From the NCBI GenBank assembly GCA_964291275.2, contig OZ219799.1, positions 2,334,914 to 2,398,913 on the forward strand: a stretch of 64,000 bases of DNA, written 5' to 3'. Positions 59,400-64,000 of this stretch are shown here, one piece after another. The translations under genes were made by a program, and so were the position numbers. The stretch comes from Rhodothermales bacterium (GTDB lineage: Bacteria; Bacteroidota; Rhodothermia; Rhodothermales; Bin80). The notes beneath the pieces were generated by a model that saw only the letters and a list, made by a program, of their open reading frames with translations, did not search any database and had not been told where the DNA came from. How positions within the stretch are numbered: the first letter of the stretch is position 1; every line of letters starts with the position of its first letter.

Positions 59400-62300
59400 T
59401 TAAAGGGACAACCGGATTCCCCAGAAAATATCACGTGGATCTAGGAATGTGAGAAATCCCTGATTCGGCATATCAATGTATGCCTTATCCTTGACCACCT
59501 TCCCCACAACTTCTGCATCTGCAGGACCCCAGGCACCGTCACGATAGATCAGATATTGCCGGGATTCATGCTCCCAATAGATGACGCGTTCACTCGGAGA
59601 GGTGATACTCTCACGCGCCGGAATCCTCTGCATTGGCTGGTAAGGCACATCATATTCCCGGTATGCACCGATCTTATCGTTCCCCGGAATATTTGTCTGA
59701 TAATCATCAGACTCAGGAAGATGCAAAGATCTTAAATAGGATAGTTGATCATTCCCGTCAATGAAGCCATTAAAAGAAAGTCTGCGGGTATTCAGCACGT
59801 TGAAGATATCCACGAAAAATTGTGCACGCTTACCTGCAATAATAATGTTTTTAGTGAAACGTAAATTTGCATTCCAGTAATCGCGAAAAGAAACATTATT
59901 GACCACACCTGGGACAGCTCCTCCACCGGTCCAGGTATATTTTGATCCTTGCTGCCAAGTACCAATTAGACTAATTCGCCAGTCGCCAAGAATCGCATAG
60001 GAACCAATGCGTGGGCCAAATTCAGTTGGCGTAAAAAAGTCCAAGTTGAGCCGGGCATAGGGTCGTGGAAGTGGTCTGGATGACGCACGGCGACGCTCAA
60101 CATCACTTTCCGCAAATTCCCGTTGAGCTGTCGGATTTTCAAAATTACGTCGGAGACTGAAATATCCAGACGTAAACACCATATAGGTATAGTTCACAAA
60201 TCCCCGAACCCAGCGCCCACGATTACGGGACAAGGTAAATTCAAACCCTCGAATATCTTCAAATGAATTTGGCTCACTGATAGTGTAGTTCACCTGCCCA
60301 TCGCGGCTGATATATTCTGTGAGATAAGGCTGAAGTGAGACATCCTTGTAATAGCCGGCCATTCGAATCAGCAGTTGATCAAAAAGTGACTGCTCATAGC
60401 CAAGTTCGTATGCGACCGTCTTGGGTAAGGGGTTGCTGGGATCCGCTACCCGGCTAATCTGTCCGGTTTCGGTGAATTCCCGCAACAGAAATAAATTATT
60501 GGGATCGGGAAGCGACCGAAAATGCCCGTAATTGAAATAGAGCTTGCTATACTCCGTAATGGGAAAAGAAACTCCCATGCGAGGACTCAGCGTAAAGATG
60601 TGGCGCGTGGGCTCTTGGGTTAAGAGCGTATCAATGCCAGATGCAAACCTTGCACTGAACGCAGCACTGAAAGGTTCAAAATCATACCAATCCCCTCCTG
60701 CGTGGAAGTAATCCAGTCGGAGCCCCAGATTCGCGATCATACCGGAAAACTCGAGCTTCCCTTGCGCGTATGCGGCCCCTCGAACCGGCGTGCGATCCCA
60801 TTGAGAATGCGAATTGCCACTCGGTAGAAAAGCATCAAAGCGCCCGTAGTTCACTTTGGAATCCGAAAGATTATACTCAACTCCTGTCTTGATTTGCAAA
60901 AACCGGTTGAGCTGACTAGTGAGATCACCTTTTATATTGTAGGCCGTGACCATACTGGTATCCCGGGCATTACTCATGCCCACACCAGTACGCATGCCAT
61001 CTACCCCAAAGGCGGGGCTTGGCTGAAACCCAAATGGGGCTTCATCGAATCCCACTCCACCAAAGGTTACAACTGGGGTCTCGTCGCGTAACCGTCCTGG
61101 ATTTGTATCATATTTTGAACGGAAAGCATTGACGCGTATCTCGTAGAATGTAGAGGAACTGAGTGTGTGTGTAAGCTTCAGTCCACCCATAAGGTTATTG
61201 ACTTCCGTCGGTGTCCAGTAATCGGTGGAATAAATCCTGGAATCAATAAAACTGACACGGCTCAACTGACCCGCAATACTGAAAGAAGAGCGGAAGATCC
61301 CGGGCTGTCCGGCCCGACTGATAGAAGTGCCTGTGATACGACCTCGTAGCCCCTCAAACGTGAGTTTCATTCCAGGTCTAAGATCCGCGGTTAGTTTTAC
61401 ATGACCTGACCATTCCTGATACCGGTCCGTGTTCAGCGGAATCAGATACATACTCTGATCAGCACGAACCGAAGCATAGAAACGGAGTCCACCCAAATAC
61501 CGGTTTAAATAGGGAACCGGTCCACCAAGGCCAACATCAATGTTATAGTCTGGATTGACGACCTCCATAGCCTTTCGGTGCTGCCACAAAAAAGCCTGCT
61601 GCAGGGCCTCGGGGGTCATATCATTCGAAGGATCATCATCCTTCAATCTCTCCTCTGCAATCGCAATCCATCCTTCGAACCGTGGATACTGCGCCTGTGT
61701 AAACTCGTCCCACCCCCCTGCTTCCGTGCCAGCCCACGCGACATCCGAGTCTGTAAATGGACGAATCCAATAAGAATTCGGATCATCAGCACGAGGCCCA
61801 AAATGTTTCTGTGCCGGGGCGCTGTAGCGAATAATGGCACTCCCCGAATAACGATCTCGAGCCCCCTCCTTGGTCACAACATTAACAACACCCGAACGAA
61901 CATTTCCATACTCTGCATTGAATCCGCCTGTTTGAACCTGTACTTCCTCCACAGAGGAAAGGCTGATGCTGGTGTACGGCGCATTGTTGCGCTCATCTCT
62001 TAGGGTCAGACCATTGACCATAAATGAGAGCTCATCCGAGCCGCTACCACGTACGGAAAGGCCTTGAATTCCAGCCTGTAAACCAACCACACTATTGATG
62101 CTGGAAACGGGCAAAGCCTCAATCTGATCAGAGCTCACGTTTAGCTGACTATTCGATACATCTGCCTGCACCACCGGCAATTCCGCCGTCACGATCATCT
62201 CTTCCAGCCCCACAGCGTCCTCCATAAGTTGGAAATTCACCGTCGTGGTTTGCTCAATATTCACCCGAACTCCCTCAACAATTTGAGTGGCAAAGCCAAT

Positions 62301-62531
62301 AAATGAAGAACGAATGGCATACGTACCGGGAGATACGTTTAGGATAGTATAATACCCGTCCAGATCAGAAGTAGCCCCCTGTAAAGTAGTGGGGATGAAG
62401 AGGTTAACACCGGGAAGCCCTGCCCCAGACTCATCGGTTACCCGGCCAGCGATTTTGCCAGACTGGGCAAACACATTGCCAACTGATAAAACGAGTACTA
62501 AGGCTAATATATGTGGGAGCCGTACCAGCAT
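59400..62531 (-). CDS. TonB-dependent-receptor-like outer-membrane protein with N-terminal carboxypeptidase-regulatory-like domain
   Basis: GKIAGRVTDESGAGLPGVNLFI...DGYYTILNVSPGTY (CarboxypepD_reg), then plug-like and long beta-barrel regions; 1043 aa. Confidence 0.75.
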   Translation of the reverse strand: MLVRLPHILALVLVLSVGNVFAQSGKIAGRVTDESGAGLPGVNLFIPTTLQGATSDLDGYYTILNVSPGTYAIRSSFIGFATQIVEGVRVNIEQTTTVNFQLMEDAVGLEEMIVTAELPVVQADVSNSQLNVSSDQIEALPVSSINSVVGLQAGIQGLSVRGSGSDELSFMVNGLTLRDERNNAPYTSISLSSVEEVQVQTGGFNAEYGNVRSGVVNVVTKEGARDRYSGSAIIRYSAPAQKHFGPRADDPNSYWIRPFTDSDVAWAGTEAGGWDEFTQAQYPRFEGWIAIAEERLKDDDPSNDMTPEALQQAFLWQHRKAMEVVNPDYNIDVGLGGPVPYLNRYLGGLRFYASVRADQSMYLIPLNTDRYQEWSGHVKLTADLRPGMKLTFEGLRGRITGTSISRAGQPGIFRSSFSIAGQLSRVSFIDSRIYSTDYWTPTEVNNLMGGLKLTHTLSSSTFYEIRVNAFRSKYDTNPGRLRDETPVVTFGGVGFDEAPFGFQPSPAFGVDGMRTGVGMSNARDTSMVTAYNIKGDLTSQLNRFLQIKTGVEYNLSDSKVNYGRFDAFLPSGNSHSQWDRTPVRGAAYAQGKLEFSGMIANLGLRLDYFHAGGDWYDFEPFSAAFSARFASGIDTLLTQEPTRHIFTLSPRMGVSFPITEYSKLYFNYGHFRSLPDPNNLFLLREFTETGQISRVADPSNPLPKTVAYELGYEQSLFDQLLIRMAGYYKDVSLQPYLTEYISRDGQVNYTISEPNSFEDIRGFEFTLSRNRGRWVRGFVNYTYMVFTSGYFSLRRNFENPTAQREFAESDVERRRASSRPLPRPYARLNLDFFTPTEFGPRIGSYAILGDWRISLIGTWQQGSKYTWTGGGAVPGVVNNVSFRDYWNANLRFTKNIIIAGKRAQFFVDIFNVLNTRRLSFNGFIDGNDQLSYLRSLHLPESDDYQTNIPGNDKIGAYREYDVPYQPMQRIPARESITSPSERVIYWEHESRQYLIYRDGAWGPADAEVVGKVVKDKAYIDMPNQGFLTFLDPRDIFWGIRLSL

Positions 62532-63084
62532 TACAACAAAAACCAGTGGAAATCTGAATGGAGAAGCATGCCTCCTTTTGCTTTAGAGTAACATCTCACC
62601 GTGTCTCTGATCTTCTCGCCGTCACAGGCAACTAATACTAGCCCACCGAAAGCTCCCGCATAATTAATATGAATAATTCGATATTGTATTATTGCCGGTT
62701 TTTGAATTCGCAAAAAGACCACAAAATGAGATAGAAAATATCCTTGATAAGACCAGACTTTTGACCCAGGGACAGAAACCATCTCGCAATGCTTTGACAA
62801 CGATGCCATGTTAAAACCCCACTCGTCGACCCAACAACCTGGAAGAGTCTCTGTTCCAACCCCTGGATATCGGCCCCTCTAGACTCTATGCCCCTATAAC
62901 TGAACTCCCCCCTGTATCTTAAACGCGATGCTTAACTGAGTTCAATTTTGGAGGGATCGATGAGGTTGAAGGTCAGAGGCACAGCCGAAGATTATTGACT
63001 AGGTGCAGGAGTGTTTTTTGAAAAATTGATTACGGCGATCGGGGGATACGGCAGGATTTTGTTTCAGTCCTGTGAGCCGAATGA

Positions 63085-63960
63085 CTACAAAAGTTTGATG
63101 TTCAAGAGTTTGAACGCACGCTTTTGTGTGGCACTGATCTTTTCTACCATAACCACTTCGGGTGTAGCGTCTGTGCCAATTTTCGGAACGACAACCAGGC
63201 GGCACAGTCCAGAGAGTTCTTCCATCAGACTCGCAAAACTCATCGCCTTCTCGGCCGTTACCGTTCGTTTGGTTCGGGCTTTGATCATGAGTCCAGCCTG
63301 CCGCGCCATTTCCGAATACACCAATTCCATGGCTCCCGCATCAGGGCCATCTTGTGAGTTAGCAAATTTGACAAGCCATGGTTCATAGCCTTTCGGTAAA
63401 TTCTGCCTCCCATGAGTGACGTGCCCGGTCTTGCGATTAAATCCAATAAACGCTTTGGGCCTCGCACCTGCTGATGATCCATTCAGTGCCAGAAGTTCGT
63501 CTAAAACATCCTCGGCTCCGCCTTCCAGAACATCCTGAGACTGCTGGGCAAGCCAGTCCAAATCTATTCCGGTTCCTTCTACAGCTTCGGAGTGATCCGG
63601 CTCATAGATCAACGCCCCCATGCCAGATTTACCGACATACGCCAATCGGTCAAGCGGACTCAACGTCTGCGGTAAAATGCCTCGCTTACGCATGGCCCTG
63701 TCAAACAAAAGTCTCCCCCAACCATCCGGTAAACTATCATTGAATACGCCCGGTAGGCTTTCAAAAAGTCGTGTATGGGAGGTTTGTAACCCAGATTTTA
63801 ATGGGAGTTGGAAAGGTGACAGGGCAAGGCCGCGACGTATAAAATCTGCATCATATTCAAAATATATTTGTTGATCCCGAAGGGCTAGATCCCCCACAGG
63901 CCTAGAGCCACTCCCAAAATTCAGTCCAGCTTTTATGTGTTGTACCGGCTTGTATCTCAT
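63085..63960 (-). pseudogene. hipA: HipA-like toxin kinase, apparently C-terminally truncated
   Basis: An N-terminal HipA coupling region (FEYDADFIRRGLALSPFQLPL, DSLPDGWGRLL) and a GARPK P-loop-like motif. The ORF stops at 291 aa. I found no DxHxxN catalytic loop in any downstream frame. Confidence 0.6.
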
Positions 63961-64000
63961 GAACGTGAACCACGTTTGCGCTTGGGACGAATCTTGCCGG
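63957..64000 (-). CDS. 3' end (13 codons) of an upstream gene overlapping the hipA start; possibly the cognate antitoxin
   Basis: The frame ...GKIRPKRKRGSRS* ends in a TGA that overlaps the hipA ATG (ATGA). The rest lies outside the window. Confidence 0.3.
   Translation of the reverse strand, partial: GKIRPKRKRGSRS

Noticed and set aside
1-64000. Search by eye for tRNA, rRNA, tmRNA, CRISPR repeats, integrase genes and attachment-site direct repeats flanking the 23-38.5 kb island
   Set aside because: I found none. The absence of tRNA and ncRNA in particular should be confirmed with tRNAscan-SE and Infernal, since reading by eye is insensitive.

Overview
This looks like a chromosomal window from a T9SS-bearing FCB-group bacterium, since several proteins end in Por/T9SS C-terminal sorting domains.

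**Backbone**
- A fragmented myo-inositol catabolism locus: iolC, then iolD-sugar ABC transporter-mmsA, then iolG-aldolase.
- An S8 peptidase, two RND efflux pumps, a Sel1-repeat gene and a large BNR/VPS10-like protein.
- A five-gene TonB-receptor-like/PorV-like/T9SS-cargo operon.
- A truncated hipA-like gene at the right edge.

**Mobile elements and defence genes laid over the backbone**
1. An IS1595-family cargo transposon (882-7317) with 38-bp terminal IRs and an 8-bp target duplication (ttaacaaa). It carries an N6A-methyltransferase / DUF262-HNH nuclease / unknown-protein operon.
2. A group II intron sits inside that transposon's right IR, 6 bp from the tip. Its maturase carries one nonsense codon.
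3. An FRG-domain protein plus an OLD-family ABC-ATPase/TOPRIM nuclease. I cannot assign this pair to any named defence system, so it is my top candidate for an undescribed one.
4. An IS256 remnant.
5. A Type III R-M system whose mod gene is split after codon 54 by an IS4/IS5-type IS. That IS is itself invaded by a second, diverged copy of the same intron, with an intact maturase.
6. A stand-alone SIR2-like gene.
7. A 41-nt 3'-terminal (domain V 3' strand + domain VI) remnant of a third related intron at the right edge of the island, just upstream of iolD.

By eye, the 23.2-38.5 kb stretch and the transposon cargo are more AT-rich than the backbone.

I found no rRNA, tRNA or CRISPR array. All family calls come from motif recognition by eye and need HMM or BLAST confirmation.
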